Shown here in pieces: positions 22,657 to 37,154 of a stretch of DNA of 63,220 nt (within the stretch, counting starts at the first letter, position 1; the number at the start of each line of letters is the position of its first letter). The stretch spans positions 1 through 63,220 of the forward strand of contig JAWMAR010000588.1 of the NCBI GenBank assembly GCA_036785375.1. Reading direction: 5' to 3'. The DNA is from Leucoraja ocellata (taxonomy: Eukaryota). The notes beneath the pieces are model-generated. The model was not told where the DNA came from, did no database searches, and saw only the letters and a list, made by a program, of their open reading frames with translations. Both the position numbers and the translations under genes were made by a program.

Positions 22657-25600
22657 CCATATAACCATATAACCATATAACAATTACAGCACGGAAACAG
22701 GCCATCTCGACCCTTCTAGTCCGTGCCGAACAGGTATTCCCCCCTAGTCCCATATACCTCCGCTCAGACCATAACCCTCCATTCCTTACCCGTCCATATA
22801 ACTATCCAATATATATTTAAATGATAAAAACGAACCAGCCTCCACCACCTTCACTGGAAGCTCATTCCACACAGCCACCACTCTTTGAGTAAAGACGTTC
22901 CCACTCAGGCTACCCCTAAACTTCTGTCCCTTAATTCTCAAGTCATGTCCCCTTGTTTGAATCTTCCCCACTCTCAGTGGGAAAAGCTTATCCATGTCAA
23001 CTCTGTATATACCTCTCATCATTTTAAATACCTCAACCAAGTACCCCTTTAACCTTCTGCGCTCAAAGAATAAAGACATAACTTGTTCAACCTTTCTCTG
23101 TAACTTAGTTGCTGAAACCCAGGCAGCATTCTAGTAAATCTCCTCTGTACTCTCTCTATTTTGTTGACATCCTTCCTATAATTAGGCGACCAAAATTGTA
23201 CACCATACTCCAGAATTGGCCTTACATCCCAATTTCTATACTCAATGCTCAGATTTATGAAGGCCAGCACACCAAAAGCTTTCTTTACAACCCTATCTAC
23301 ATGAGATTCCACTTTTAGGGAACTGTGCACAGTTATTCCCAGATCCCTCTGTTCACCTGCATTCTTCAATCCCTATCATTTACCTTGTACTATTTTGATT
23401 TGGTCTGCCAAGATGTCGCACCTCACACTTATCAGCATTAAACTCCATCTGCCATCTTTCAGCCCACTCTTCCAACTGGCATAAATCTCTCTATAGTCTT
23501 TGAAAATCTACTTCATTATCCACAACCCCACCTATCTTAGTATAATCTGCATACTTACTAATCCAATTTACCACACCATAATCTAGATCATTCATGTACA
23601 TGACAAACAACAGTGGACCCAAAACAGTTCCTGTGGCACCTCACTAGTCACTGGCCTCCAACCTGACAAACAACCATCCGCCATTACGCTCTGGCATCTC
23701 CCATTCAGCCACTGTTGAATCCATCTTGCTACTCCACCATTAATACCCAAAAATTGAAGCTTCTTAACCAACCTTCCATGAGGAAGCTTGTCAAAGGCCT
23801 TACTGAAGTCCATATATACAACATCCACTGTTTTACCCTCATCAATTTCCCGAGTAACCTCTTCAAAAAATTCAAGAAGATTAGTCAAACATGACCTTCC
23901 AGGCACAAATCCATGTTGACTGTTCCTAATCAGACCCTGTTTATCCAGATGCTTATATATATTATCTCTAAGTATCCTTTCCATTAATTTGCCCACCACT
24001 GACGTCAAACTAACAGGTCTATAATTGCTAGGTTTACTTTAGACCCCCTTTTAAACAATGGAACAACATGCGCAGTACGCCAATCCTCCGGCACTATTCC
24101 CGTTTCTAATGACATTTGAAATATTTCTGTCATAGCCCCTGCTATTTCTACACTAACTTCCCTCAATGTCCTAGGGAATATCCTGTCCGGACCTGGAGAC
24201 TTATCCACTTTTATATTTCTCAAAAGTGTCAGTACTTCCTCTTCTTTGAATCTCATAGTTTCCATAGCTACTCTACTTGTTTCCCTTACCTCACATAATC
24301 CAATATCCTTCTCCTTGGTGAATACCGAAGAAAACAAATTGTTCAATATCTCCCCGATCTCTTTTGGCTCTGCAGATAGTTGTCCACTCTGACTCTCTAA
24401 TGGACCAACTTCATCCCTCGTTATCCTTTTGCTATTAATATAGCTGTAGAAACCCTTTGGATTTACTTTCACCTTACTTGCCAAGGCAACCTCATATCTT
24501 CTTTTAGCTTTTCTAATTTCTTTCTTAAGATTCTTTTTACATTCTTTATACTTCTCAAACACCTCATTTACTCCATGCTGCCTATAATTACTGTAGATCT
24601 CTCTCTTTTTCCGAACCAAGTGTCCAATTTCCATTGAAAACCATGGCTCTTTCCAATTTTTACTATTTCCTTTCAACCGAAAAGGGACATACGATTCTGT
24701 ACTCTTAAAATGTCACCTTTATATGTCCTCCATTTCTCTACCCCATCTTTCCCATAAAACAAACGGTCTCAATTTACTCCTTTTAAATCCTTTCGCATCT
24801 CCTCAAAGTTAGCCTTTCTCCAATCAGAAATCTCAACCCTAGGTCCAGTTCTGACCCTCGCCATAATTATATTGAAACTAATGGTATTGTGATCACTGGT
24901 TCCGAACTGTTACCCAACGCATACCTCTGCCACCTGACCCATCTCATTTCCTAACTAGCCCCTTCTCTAGTAGGTATTTCTATGTATTGCTGCAAAAAAC
25001 TATCCTGCACACAGTTTACAAACTCCAACCCATGCAGCCCATTTACAGAATGTGTTTCCCAGTCTATGTGTGGAAAATTGAAATCTCCCAAAATCACTAC
25101 CTTGTGCTTACTACTAATATCTGCAATCTCCTTACATATTTGCTTTTCCAATTGTCGCTCCCCATTTGGCGGTCTATAATGCACCCGTGTAAGTGTTGCT
25201 ACCCCTTTTCCATTCCTCAGTTCCACCCAAATAGCCTCCCTAGACGAGTCCTCTCATCTATCCTGCCTAACCACTGCTGTAATATCTTCCCCTGCTAAGC
25301 AATGCAACATCCCCACCTCTTGCCCCTCCAATTCTATCACACCTGAAGCAACGAAATCCTGCAATAATTTGTTTCCAATCACAGCCCTCCTGCAACCATG
25401 TTTCACTGATCGCCACAACTTCATACTTCCAGGTGTCAATCCAGGCTCTAAGTTCATCCACCTTTCTTACAATGCTCCTAGCATTAAAATATACACAATT
25501 AAGAAACCCACCCTCTCTTATTCTCTCTTTATTGACTTCTCTCTCTTCTCTCTCCCCTATATGTTGTGCCAGTGCTACCATTCTCTGCCTCCTGCCTCAC

Positions 25601-25680
25601 ACACTGACTGCAAGTTTTCCGAATTCGAGTCCCTCCCCCCAACCATACTAGTTTAAAGTCTCCCCAGTAGCCTTTGCAAA
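22657..25680 (-). mobile_element. CR1 LINE family B ((TATATGGT)n tail), near-complete ORF2 relic inserted at the ORF1 end of a family A CR1
   Basis: Endonuclease YFNARSI..ISETWL..GDFNFP, RT QHGF..SCLTNL..YMDFSKAFDK, and tail taaccatataaccatataaccata. ATTAA flanks both sides (22652-22656, 25680-25684). Confidence 0.92.
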
Positions 25681-28415
25681 TTAAACTGAATAAGGGCGGT
25701 GGGGTGTCAAATGGGATAGTCGAGGATGGAGTTGAGCGAGAGACAGAGGGGTGTAAAATGAGGGTAGAAGCAATAGATAGCAAGGTGAAAAGCAAAAGTG
25801 GCAGGCAGACAAATCCAGGGCAAAAATCAAAAAGGGCCTCTTTTCAAAATAATTGTATAAGGGGGAAGAGTGTTGTAAAAACAAGTCTGAAGGCTTTGTG
25901 TCTCAATGCAAGGAGCATTCGCAATAAGGTGGATGAGTTGAATATGCATATAGCTATTAATGAATATGATATAGTTGGGATTACGGAGACATGGCTCCAG
26001 GGTGACCAAGGCTGAGAGCTGAACATCGAGGGATATTCAATATTCATGTGGGATAGACAGAAAGGAAAAGGAGGTGGAGTAGCGTTGCTGGTTGGAGAGG
26101 AGATTAACGCAATAGAAATGAAGGACATTAGCTTGGAGGATGTGGAATCGATATGGGTAGAGCAGCGAAACACTAAGGGGCAGAAAACGCTATTGTCAGT
26201 TGTGTACAGGCCACCTAACAGTAGTAGTGGAGTTGGGGATGGCATCAAACAGGAAATTAGAAATGCGTGCAACAAAGGTAAAACAGTTATAATGGGTGAC
26301 TTCAATTTATATATAGATTGGGTGAATCAAATTGGCAAGGGAGCTGAGGAAGAGGATTTATTTGAATGTATACGGGATAATTTTCTAAACCAACCTGTAT
26401 AGGGACCAACGAGAGAGCAGGCTATTCTAGCCTGGGTATTGTGTAATGATGAAGAGTTAGTTAGCAGTCATGTTGTGCGTGGTCCCTTGAGCAAGAGTGA
26501 GCATAATATGATCAATTTCTTCATTAGGATGATTAGAAAGTGACATTGTTAATTCAGAAACCGGGGTCCTGAATTTAAAGAGAGGTAACTTTGAGGGTAT
26601 GAGACGTGAATTGGCCAAGATAGACTGGCAATTAATTCTTAAAGGGTAGACGGTGGATATGCAATGGAAGGCATTTAAAGACTGTATGGATAAACTACAA
26701 CAATTGTTCATCCCAGTTTGGCAAAATAATAAATCAGGGAAGGTAGTGCATCCGTAGATAACAAGGAAAATCAAAACAAAAGATGACGCAAACAAATTAG
26801 CCAGAAAAAGCAGCCTACCAGAGGAAAAATTCAGAGTCCAGCACAGGAGGACAACAGGCTTAATTAGGAAAGGGAAAATGGATTCAGAAAGTAAACTGGC
26901 AGGAAATATAAAAACTGACTGCAAAAGATTTTATAGATATGTGAAGAGAAAAAGATTAGTTAAAACAAATGTAGGTCCCTTGCAGTCAGAAAATGGGGAA
27001 TTGATCATGGGGATGTGGATAGAGAACTGGCTGGCAGACATGAAGCAAAGAGTAGGAGTAAACAGGCCATTTTCACAATGGCAGGCAGTGACTAGTGGGG
27101 TACCGCAAGGCTCAGTGGTGGGACCCCAGATATTTACAATATATATTAACCATATACCCATATAACCATATAACAATTACAGCACGGAAACAGGCCATCT
27201 CGACCCTTCTAGTCCGTGCCGAACACATAATCTCCCCTAGTCCCATATACATGCGCTCAGACCATAACCCTCCATTCCATTCCCATCCATATAACTATCC
27301 AATTTATTTTTAAATGATAAAAACGAACCTGCCTCCACCACCTTCACTGGAAGCTCATTCCACACAGCCACCACTCTCTGAGTAAAGAAGTTCCCCCTCA
27401 TCTTACCCCTAAACTTCAGTCCCTTAATTCTCAAGTCATGTCCCCTTGTTTGAATCTTCCCTACTCTCAGTGGGAAAAGCTTTTCCACGTCAACTCTGTC
27501 TATCCCTCTCATCATTTTAAAAACCTCTATCAAGTCCCCCCTTAACCTTCTGCGCTCCAAAGAATAAAGCCCTAACTTGTTCAACCTTTCTCTGTAACTT
27601 AGTTGCTGAAACCCAGGCAACATTCTAGTAAATCTCCTCTGTACTCTCTCTATTTTGTTGACATCCTTCCTATAATTAGGCGACCAAAATTGTACACCAT
27701 ACTCCAGAATTGACCATACTCCATGAGATTCCACTTTCAGGGAACTGTGCACAGTTATTCCCAGATCCCTTTGTTCACCTACATTCTTCAAAATGATTTG
27801 AGTATAGAGCAGGGAGGGTCTACTGCAGTTGTACAGGGTCTTGGTGAGACCACACCTGGAGTATTGCGTACAGTTTTGGTCTCCTAATCCGAGGAAAGAC
27901 ATTCTTGCCATAGAGGGAGAACAGAGAAGGTTCGCCAGACTGATTCCTGGGATGTCAGGACTTTCATATGAAGAAAGCCTGGATAGACTCGGCTTGTACT
28001 GGCTAGAATTTAGAAGATTGAGGGAGGATCTTATAGAAACTTACAAAATCTTAAGGGGTTTGATAGGCTAGATGCAGGAAGATTGTTCCCGATGTTGGGG
28101 AAGTCCAGAACACAAGGGGTCACAGATTAAGGATAAGGGGGAAATATTTAAGGACCGAGATGAGAAAAACATTTTTCACACAGAGGGTGGTGAATCTCTG
28201 GAATTCTCTGCCACAGAAGGTAGTTGAGACCAGTTCATTGGCTATATTGAAGAGGGAGTTAGATGTGGCCCTTGTGGCTAAAGGGATCAGGGGGTATGGA
28301 GAGATGGCAGGTACAGGATACTGAGTTGGATGATAAGCCATGTCCATATTGAATGACGGTGCAGGCTCTAAGGGCCAAATGGCCTACTCCTGCACCTATT
28401 TTCTATGTTCTATGC
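25681..28415 (+). mobile_element. Continuation of CR1 family A (ORF2 with internal deletions), containing a second family B CR1 (minus strand, ~27149-27790); repeated at ~31914-34660
   Basis: LCLNARSIRNK..GITETWL..GDFN and [11 protein letters not shown]. The 3' end has a ttttctatg tail at ~28400-28413. The nested copy starts with a taaccata tail at ~27149. Confidence 0.88.
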
Positions 28416-28419
28416 TTTC

Positions 28420-29610
28420 TAATATCTGTTTGTCTAAGTTTGTCACTCCCAATGCACAGAATGCTCATTGCAGACAAACTCTCTTGAGACATTGTGGACC
28501 TTAATTCATTTTTAATTCTTTTGAATCTTGAAAACTTGGTGACCATTTAGCTAAGAAACAGCCGCAAGATTGCTTCCACATTAGGGAAGGCCATCTGAAT
28601 TGTTTACTTGTATATTATTTGATAAAGGTCTGTATGGGACACAGAGTGCTCTTCTGTATGACTATGGCTTTGTCTCACATACGAGTGCAAGTGCAAAAGT
28701 TCATCAGTAAGTTTCAGGTCAACATCTTCTGGGTATGCTTCCATCAACAGTTCAACACCTTGCTGAATTACTTGCTTAGATGCGGTCCGATTAGCAAGAA
28801 AGGAAAACTGTTGTGCAACTTCACTATACACAGTACCTCTTCGTTTTAAATTGGTTTAAAGTGCATCTAGTATAGGAATAAAGGACGTTATCCTAAACTT
28901 ATCTCTTGAATATAGTTTACCTAAAGCATCAGGACCAGGTGCACTTCCACCATTTCCTTGCCATTTTCTTACTCTTCGTCTCCCTGTGACAGTTCTGTAG
29001 TTAACATCTGGCAAGGTGTTTATTGCTCAAGCTCATCAAAATCTTCTCTAATTTTGCTTACAAAATCATGAAGTGAACTGTACAAATTTGCACAAGTACT
29101 CAATAACGGTTTGGTTTTCTGAATGGCTGTATTTACCTCGTGGAAATGACCTAGCAGACGTGTCCAAAAATGCAGCATAAACACAAATTCTAGATCTTCC
29201 ATTTTCTGCAAAAGATTGTAGTCTTGAAGCGTGGTATCACCCTTTACATTAACTTCGGAATACAAATGACTGAGGGCATCAGCGCTGTAACTTTCCAAAA
29301 TAATTTCTGCGGCATTTGCATGTGCCTCCCACCTAGTGTCTGACAAATATTTAGTCAATTTTGATGATGAGATTTCTAAAATGAATTTTAGAACTGCCCA
29401 TCTCTTTGCCAAGGATGAAAAGAAGGTATACATTTCATTAATAATTCCAAAACAGTTCACTGCATCAAGGCAGCAAACAACAGCCGAGCGGCCCACGAAA
29501 TTTAATGAGTGAGCAGCGCATGGAATACATATTGCAAATTTGTTTTTTTTCGAAGATTTTTTGCTCCATACCCCTGTACCTATCAGCCATGATGGCAGCA
29601 TTGTCATAAG
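28420..29610 (-). mobile_element. hAT-superfamily (ZMYM1-like) transposase relic; duplicated at ~34665-35855
   Basis: YDNAAIMA (catalytic Asp region), IPCAAHSLN (CxxH), LSDTRW, and C-terminal dimerisation text FSRFKRIKNELRSTMSQ..LSAMSILCI. Broken by stops and frameshifts. Confidence 0.85.
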
Positions 29611-29870
29611 ACTTCCCTCGGAAGAAGAGTTCGAAATCGCGGCGGGCGCGGACCTAATTGAGGTGGGGGACGGAGGGGGACAAAGGTGAGGGCCTCTGCT
29701 GCGGACCAGACCCGTTCGGTATCTGAGATGAGGAGGCCAGGGGGATGGTGAACACACGGCAGGATGGGATTTGGGGCCAGAGGAAGGCAGGTGAGTGGAC
29801 TGAGGCCGAGACGATGTCTGGTGGGGGGGCTGGTGGGTGGTTAGGGGGGGGTAGGGGGGGTGGGGTATCA
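29611..29870 (-). mobile_element. Penelope-like retroelement ORF N-terminal fragment; duplicated at ~35856-36105
   Basis: CRVFTIPPGLLISDTERSVRSRGLNFVPLRPHLN*VRARRDFELFF, the Penelope LS..E...L..GL.F.P motif. Confidence 0.65.
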
Positions 29871-32800
29871 GGATTTTAATGTGGGGTAGCGAAGAGCTAG
29901 GGTCACATGGTTTGAGGGGGAATGGGGAAGACCCAGTGGAACAGCCACTGAGGTTACCAAGGGTTGGGTGGGGGGGGGGGGGGGGGGGGGGGGGGGGAGG
30001 CTAGCATTAGGACCAAGCGCAGTCAAACTCATGGAAGTTGGAATCTGCAGCATGGAAACATCAGGCCCGGTGCTGAGAGTCCAGCCTGCAGTTAAGGCGA
30101 GGGCTGTGGGCTGCTGGAGGGCAGTGGAGTGGCGATGGTCAGGCGGGCAAAAGCGTAGGAGGCAGTCCCGGGTGGGCGGGAAACAGCACCATCAAAGACT
30201 GTGGTTAACTAAAGAAAGGACCATTCCGCTTATCGTAGCGGGTGGCTGCTCGTTCCCCTACCTACCCTTTGCCCCGCCCGTGAGCCTTATCTCTTCTCCC
30301 CTGAAGCAGGCAGGTAGAGCACAGTCTGAGCTGGTTCTGACATTATTAAACTTGCAGCCGCGCACCGATTCGAACACTCCTGACTGTTGAAAGGACAAGG
30401 CTCAGAACATACGAAATATGTCAAACGTTTTATACACCGATGCCCCCCCCCACCCCCCCCCCGTCAGTACTTCCTCTTCTTTGAATCTCATAGTTTCCAT
30501 AGCTACTCTACTTGTTTCCCTTACCTCACATAATCCAAATATCCTTCTCCTTGGTGAATACCGAAGAAACAAATTGTTTCAATATCTCCCCGATCTCTTT
30601 TGGCTCTGCAGATAGTTGTCCACTCTGACTCTCTAATGGACCAACTTCATCCCTCGTTATCCTTTTGCTATTAATATAGCTGTAGAAACCCTTTGGATTT
30701 ACTTTCACCTTACTTGCCAAGACAACCTCATATCTTCTTTTAGCTTTTCTAATTTCTTTCTTAAGATTCTTTTTACATTCTTTATACTTCTCAAACACCT
30801 CATTTACTCCATGCTGCCTATAATTACTGTAGATCTCTCTCTTTTTCCGACCAAGTGTCCAATTTCCATTGAAAACCATGGCTCTTTCCAATTTTTACTA
30901 TTTCCTTTCAACCGAAAAGGGACATACGATTCTGTACTCTTAAAATGTCACCTTTATATGTCCTCCATTTCTCTACCCCATCTTTCCCATAAAACAAACG
31001 GTCTCAATTTACTCCTTTTAAATCCTTTCGCATCTCCTCAAAGTTAGCCTTTCTCCAATCAGAAATCTCAACCCTAGGTCCAGTTCCGACCCTCGCCATA
31101 ATTATATTGAAACTATGGTATTGTGATCACTGGTTCCGAACTGTTACCCAACGCATACCTCTGCACCTGACCCATCTCATTTCCTAACTAGCCCCTTCTC
31201 TAGTAGGTATTTCTATGTATTGCTGCAAAAAACTATCCTGCACACAGTTTACAAACTCCAACCCATGCAGCCCATTTACAGAATGTGTTTCCCAGTCTAT
31301 GTGTGGAAAATTGAAATCTCCCAAAATCACTACCTTGTGCTTACTACTAATATCTGCAATCTCCTTACATATTTGCTTTTCCAATTGTCGCTCCCCATTT
31401 GGCGGTCTATAATGCACCCGTGTAAGTGTTGCTACCCCTTTTCCATTCCTCAGTTCCACCCAAATAGCCTCCCTAGACGAGTCCTCTCATCTATCCTGCC
31501 TAACCACTGCTGTAATATCTTCCCCTGATAAGCAATGCAACATCCCCACATCTTGCCCCTCCAATTCTATCACACCTGAAGCAACGAAATCCTGCAATAA
31601 TTTGTTTCAATTCACAGCCCTCCTGCAACCATGTTTCACTGATCGCCACAACTTCATACTTCCAGGTGTCAATCCAGGCTCTAAGTTCATCCACCTTTCT
31701 TACAATGCTCCTAGCATTAAAATATACACAATTAAGAAACCCACCCTCTCTTATTCTCTCTTTATTGACTTCTCTCTCTTCTCTCTCCCCTATATGTTGT
31801 GCCAGTGCTACCATTCTCTGCCTCCTGCCTCACACACTGACTGCTAGTTTTCCGAATTCGAGTTCCTCCCCCCAACCATACTAGTTTAAAGTCTCCCCAG
31901 TAGCCTTTGCAAATTAAACTGAATAAGGGCGGTGGGGTGTCAAATGGGATAGTCGAGGATGGAGTTGAGCGAGAGACAGAGGGGTGTAAAATGAGGGTAG
32001 AAGCAATAGATAGCAAGGTGAAAAGCAAAAGTGGCAGGCAGACAAATCCAGGGCAAAAATCAAAAAGGGCCTCTTTTCAAAATAATTGTATAAGGGGGAA
32101 GAGTGTTGTAAAAACAAGTCTGAAGGCTTTGTGTCTCAATGCAAGGAGCATTCGTAATAAGGTGGATGAGTTGAATATGCATATAGCTATTAATGAATAT
32201 GATATAGTTGGGATTACGGAGACATGGCTCCAGGGTGACAAGGCTGGGAGCTGAACATCGAGGGATATTCAATATTCATGTGGGATAGACAGAAAGGAAA
32301 GGAGGTGAGTAGCGTTGCTGGTTGGAGAGGAGATTAACGCAATAGAAATGAAGGACATTAGCTTGGAGGATGTGGAATCGATATGGGTAGAGCAGCGAAA
32401 CACTAAGGGGCAGAAAACGCTATTGTCAGTTGTGTACAGGCCACCTAACAGTAGTAGTGGAGTTGGGGATGGCATCAAACAGGGAAATTAGAAATGCGTG
32501 CAACAAAGGTAAAACAGTTATAATGGGTGACTTCAATTATATATAGATTGGGTGAATCAAATTGGCAAGGGAGCTGAGGAAGAGGATTTATTTGAATGTA
32601 TACGGGATAATTTTCTAAACCAACCTGTATAGGGACCAACGAGAGAGCAGGCTATTCTAGCCTGGGTATTGTGTAATGATGAAGAGTTAGTTAGCAGTCA
32701 TGTTGTGCGTGGTCCCTTGAGCAAGAGTGAGCATAATATGATCAATTTCTTCATTAGGATGGAAAGTGACATTGTTAATTCAGAAACCGGGTCCTGAATT

Positions 32801-35800
32801 TAAAGAGAGGTAACTTTGAGGGTATGAGACGTGAATTGGCCAAGATAGACTGGCAATTAATTCTTAAAGGGTAGACGGTGGATATGCAATGGAAGGCATT
32901 TAAAGACTGTATGGATAAACTACAACAATTGTTCATCCAGTTTGGCAAAATAATAAATCAGGGAAGGTAGTGCATCCGTAGATAACAAGGAAAATCAAAA
33001 CAAAAGATGACGCAAACAAGTTAGCCAGAAAAAGCAGCCTACCAGAGAGGAAATTCAGAGTCCAGCACAGGAGGACAACAGGCTTAATTAGGAAAGGGAA
33101 AATGGATTCAGAAAGTAAACTGGCAGGGAATATAAAACTGACTGGGGGAGGGCTGGCAAAAGATTTTATAGATATGTGAAGAGAAAAAGATTAGTTAAAA
33201 CAAATGTAGGTCCCTTGCAGTCAGAAAATGGGGAATTGATCATGGGGATGTGGATAGAGAACTGGCTGGCAGACATGAAGCAAAGAGTAGGAGTAAACAG
33301 GCCATTTTCACAATGGCAGGCAGTGACTAGTGGGGTACCGCAAGGCTCAGTGGTGGGACCCCAGATATTTACAATATATATTAACCATATACCCATATAA
33401 CCATATAACAATTACAGCACGGAAACAGGCCATCTCGACCCTTCTAGTCCGTGCCGAACACATAATCTCCCCTAGTCCCATATACATAGCGCTCAGACCA
33501 TAACCCTCCATTCCATTCCATCCATATAACTATCCAATTTATTTTTAAATGATAAAAACGAACCTGCCTCCACCACCTTCACTGGAAGCTCATTCCACAC
33601 AGCCACCACTCTCTGAGTAAAGAAGTTCCCCCTCATCTTACCCCTAAACTTCAGTCCCTTAATTCTCAAGTCATGTCCCCTTGTTTGAATCTTCCCTACT
33701 CTCAGTGGGGAAAAGCTTTTCCACGTCAACTCTGTCTATCCCTCTCATCATTTTAAAAACCTCTATCAAGTCCCCCCTTAACCTTCTGCGCTCCAAAGAA
33801 TAAAGCCCTAACTTGTTCAACCTTTCTCTGTAACTTAGTTGCTGAAACCCAGGCAACATTCTAGTAAATCTCCTCTGTACTCTCTCTATTTTGTTGACAT
33901 CCTTCCCTATAATTAGGCGACCAAAATGTACACCATACTCCAGAATTGACCATACTCCATGAGATTCCACTTTCAGGGAACTGTGCACAGTTATTCCCAG
34001 ATCCCTTTGTTCACCTACATTCTTCAAAATGATTTGAGTATAGAGCAGGGAGGGTCTACTGCAGTTGTACAGGGGTCTTGGTGAGACCACACCTGGAGTA
34101 TTGCGTACAGTTTTGGTCTCCTAATCCGAGGAAAAGACATTCTTGCCATAGAGGGAGAACAGAGAAGGTTCGCCAGACTGATTCCTGGGATGTCAGGACT
34201 TTCATATGAAGAAAGCCTGGATAGACTCGGCTTGTACTGGCTAGAATTTAGAAGATTTGAGGGGAGGATCTTATAGAAACTTACAAAATCTTAAGGGGTT
34301 TGATAGGCTAGATGCAGGAAGATTGTTCCCGATGTTGGGGAAGTCCAGAACACAAGGGGTCACAGATTAAGGGATAAGGGGGGAAATATTTAAGGACCGA
34401 GATGAGAAAAACATTTTTCACACAGAGAGTGGTGAATCTCTGGAATTCTCTGCCACAGAAGGTAGTAGTTGAGACCAGTTCATTGGCTATATTGAAGAGG
34501 GAGTTAGATGTGGCCCTTGTGGCTAAAGGGATCAGGGGGTATGGAGAGATGGCAGGTACAGGATACTGAGTTGGATGATAAGCCATGTCCATATTGAATG
34601 ACGGTGCAGGCTCTAAGGGCCAAATGGCCTACTCCTGCACCTATTTTCTATGTTCTATGCTTTCTAATATCTGTTTGTCTAAGTTTGTCACTCCCAATGC
34701 ACAGAATGCTCATTGCAGACAAACTCTCTTGAGACATTGTGGACCTTAATTCATTTTTAATTCTTTTGAATCTTGAAAACTTGGTGACCATTTAGCTAAG
34801 AAACAGCCGCAAGATTGCTTCCACATTAGGGAAGGCCATCTGAATTGTTTACTTGTATATTATTTGATAAAGGTCTGTATGGGACACAGAGTGCTCTTCT
34901 GTATGACTATGGCTTTGTCTCACATACGAGTGCAAGTGCAAAAGTTCATCAGTAAGTTTCAGGTCAACATCTTCTGGGTATGCTTCCATCAACAGTTCAA
35001 CACCTTGCTGAATTACTTGCTTAGATGCGGTCCGATTAGCAAGAAAGGAAAACTGTTGTGCAACTTCACTATACACAGTACCTCTTCGTTTTAAATTGGT
35101 TTAAAGTGCATCTAGTATAGGAATAAAGGACGTTATCCTAAACTTATCTCTTGAATAGAGTTTACCTAAAGCATCAGGACCAGGTGCACTTCCACCATTT
35201 CCTTGCCATTTTCTTACTCTTCGTCTCCCTGTGACAGTTCTGTAGTTAACATCTGGCAAGGTGTTTATTGCTCAAGCTCATCAAAATCTTCTCTAATTTT
35301 GCTTACAAAATCATGAAGTGAACTGTACAAATTTGCACAAGTACTCAATAACGGTTTGGTTTTCTGAATGGCTGTATTTACCTTGTGGAAATGACCTAGC
35401 AGACGTGTCCAAAAATGCAGCATAAACACAAATTCTAGATCTTCCATTTTCTGCAAAAGATTGTAGTCTTGAAGCGTGGTATCACCCTTTACATTAACTT
35501 CGGAATACAAAATGACTGAGGGCATCAGCGCTGTAACTTTCCAAAATAATTTCTGCGGCATTTGCATGTGCCTCCCACCTAGTGTCTGACAAATATTTAG
35601 TCAATTTTGATTGAGGTTTCTAAAAATGATTTTAGAACTGCCCATCTCTTTGCCAAGGATGAAAAGAAGGTATACATTTCATTAATAATTCCAAAACAGT
35701 TCACTGCATCAAGGCAGCAAACAACAGCCGAGCGGCCCACGAAATTTAATGAGTGAGGCAGCGCATGGAATACATATTGCAAATTTGTTTTTTTTCGAAG

Positions 35801-37154
35801 ATTTTTTGCTCCATACCCCTGTACCTATCAGCCATGATGGCAGCATTGTCATAAGACTTCCCTCGGAAGAAGAGTTCGAAATCGCGGCGGGCGCGGACCT
35901 AATTGAGGTGGGGACGGAGGGGGACAAAGTTGAGGCCTCTGCTGCGGACAGACCGTTCGGTATCTGAGATGAGGAGGCCAGGGGGGATGGTGAACACACG
36001 GCAGGGATGGGATTTGGGGCCAGAGGAAGGCAGGTGAGTGGACTGAGGCCGAGACGATGTCTGGTGGGGGGGCTGGTGGGTGGTTAGGGGGTAGGGGGTG
36101 GGGTATGAGGATTTTAATGTGGGTAGCGAAGAGCTAGGGTCACATGGTTTGAGGGGAATGGGGGAAGACCCAGTGGAACAGCCACTGAGGTTACCAGGGT
36201 TGGGGTGGGGGGGGGGGGGGGCGCGGTGGGGGGGTGTGGGGGAGGCTAGCATTAGGACCAAGCGCAGTCAAACTCATGGAAGTTGGAATCTGCAGCATGG
36301 AAACATCAGGCCCGTTGCTGAGTCCAGCCTGCAGTTAAGGCGAGGGCTGTGGGCTGCTGGAGGGCAGTGGAGTGGCGATGGTCAGCGGGCAAAGCGTGGG
36401 AGGTCCCGGTGGGGCGGGAAACAGCACCATCAAAGACTGTGTTTAACTAAAGAAAGGACCATTCCGCTTATCGTAGCGGGTGGCTGCTCGTTCCACCTAC
36501 CCTTTACCCCGCCCGGAGCCTTATCTCTTCTCCCCTGAAGCAGGCAGGTAGAGCACAGTCGGAGGCTGGGTTCTGACATTATTAAACTTGCAGCCGCGCA
36601 CCGATTCGAACACTCCTGACTGTTGAAAGGACAAGGCTCAGAACATACGAACTATGTCAAACGTTTTATACACCGATGCCCCCCCCCCTCCCCCCCCCTC
36701 CCCCCCCCCCCCCCCCCCAGATCTCGAGGCCCTAAGCCTAAGATTGTCTAGCTGATAGGTAAATCCGGCCCTGATTAGTCCCACCTGCCTGCGTTTGGTT
36801 CCAAATTTCCTCCTATCCATAGTTATGTGGCCTATCGGCCACTAAGCTCGTCCGGGTGTCTCTGGGAAAGCAAAGCTTATCTTAGCGACCTCACAGGTGC
36901 CCTCATGATCTATCCCCAACTTGTTGATTTTACCCAAGCGTTCTTCGAAAACATTGACGTTCCATGAGCCGGGTTGAAAATGCGGTGTTGCTAATTCAGC
37001 TGACAACTAGACTTTAGCTCACATTCTTTTATTTAACCCTTACTTTACAGCCAGGAAGAATCTCTGCAGAAAAAAAGATGGGTGACATATCACTTTGGGT
37101 CCTTTCCTCAGCGACCCGAACCGGCACCAATTCACTGGAATTTGGCAGGATGAA

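Larger units (their letters stand above)
24228..36718. repeat. ~6.24-kb tandem duplication (copy A 24228-30462, copy B 30463-36718)
   Basis: gtcagtacttcctcttctttg starts at 24228 and again at 30463. Both copies end ...tatacaccgatg-poly(C). Duplicated ORF pairs such as 24951/31184 and 28604/34849 confirm the offset. Confidence 0.95.

Noticed and set aside
29020-29757. 245-aa ORF as a host ZMYM1-like or domesticated transposase gene
   Set aside because: It is a chimera of Penelope and hAT fragments with frameshifts and stops, and is broken differently in the duplicate copy.
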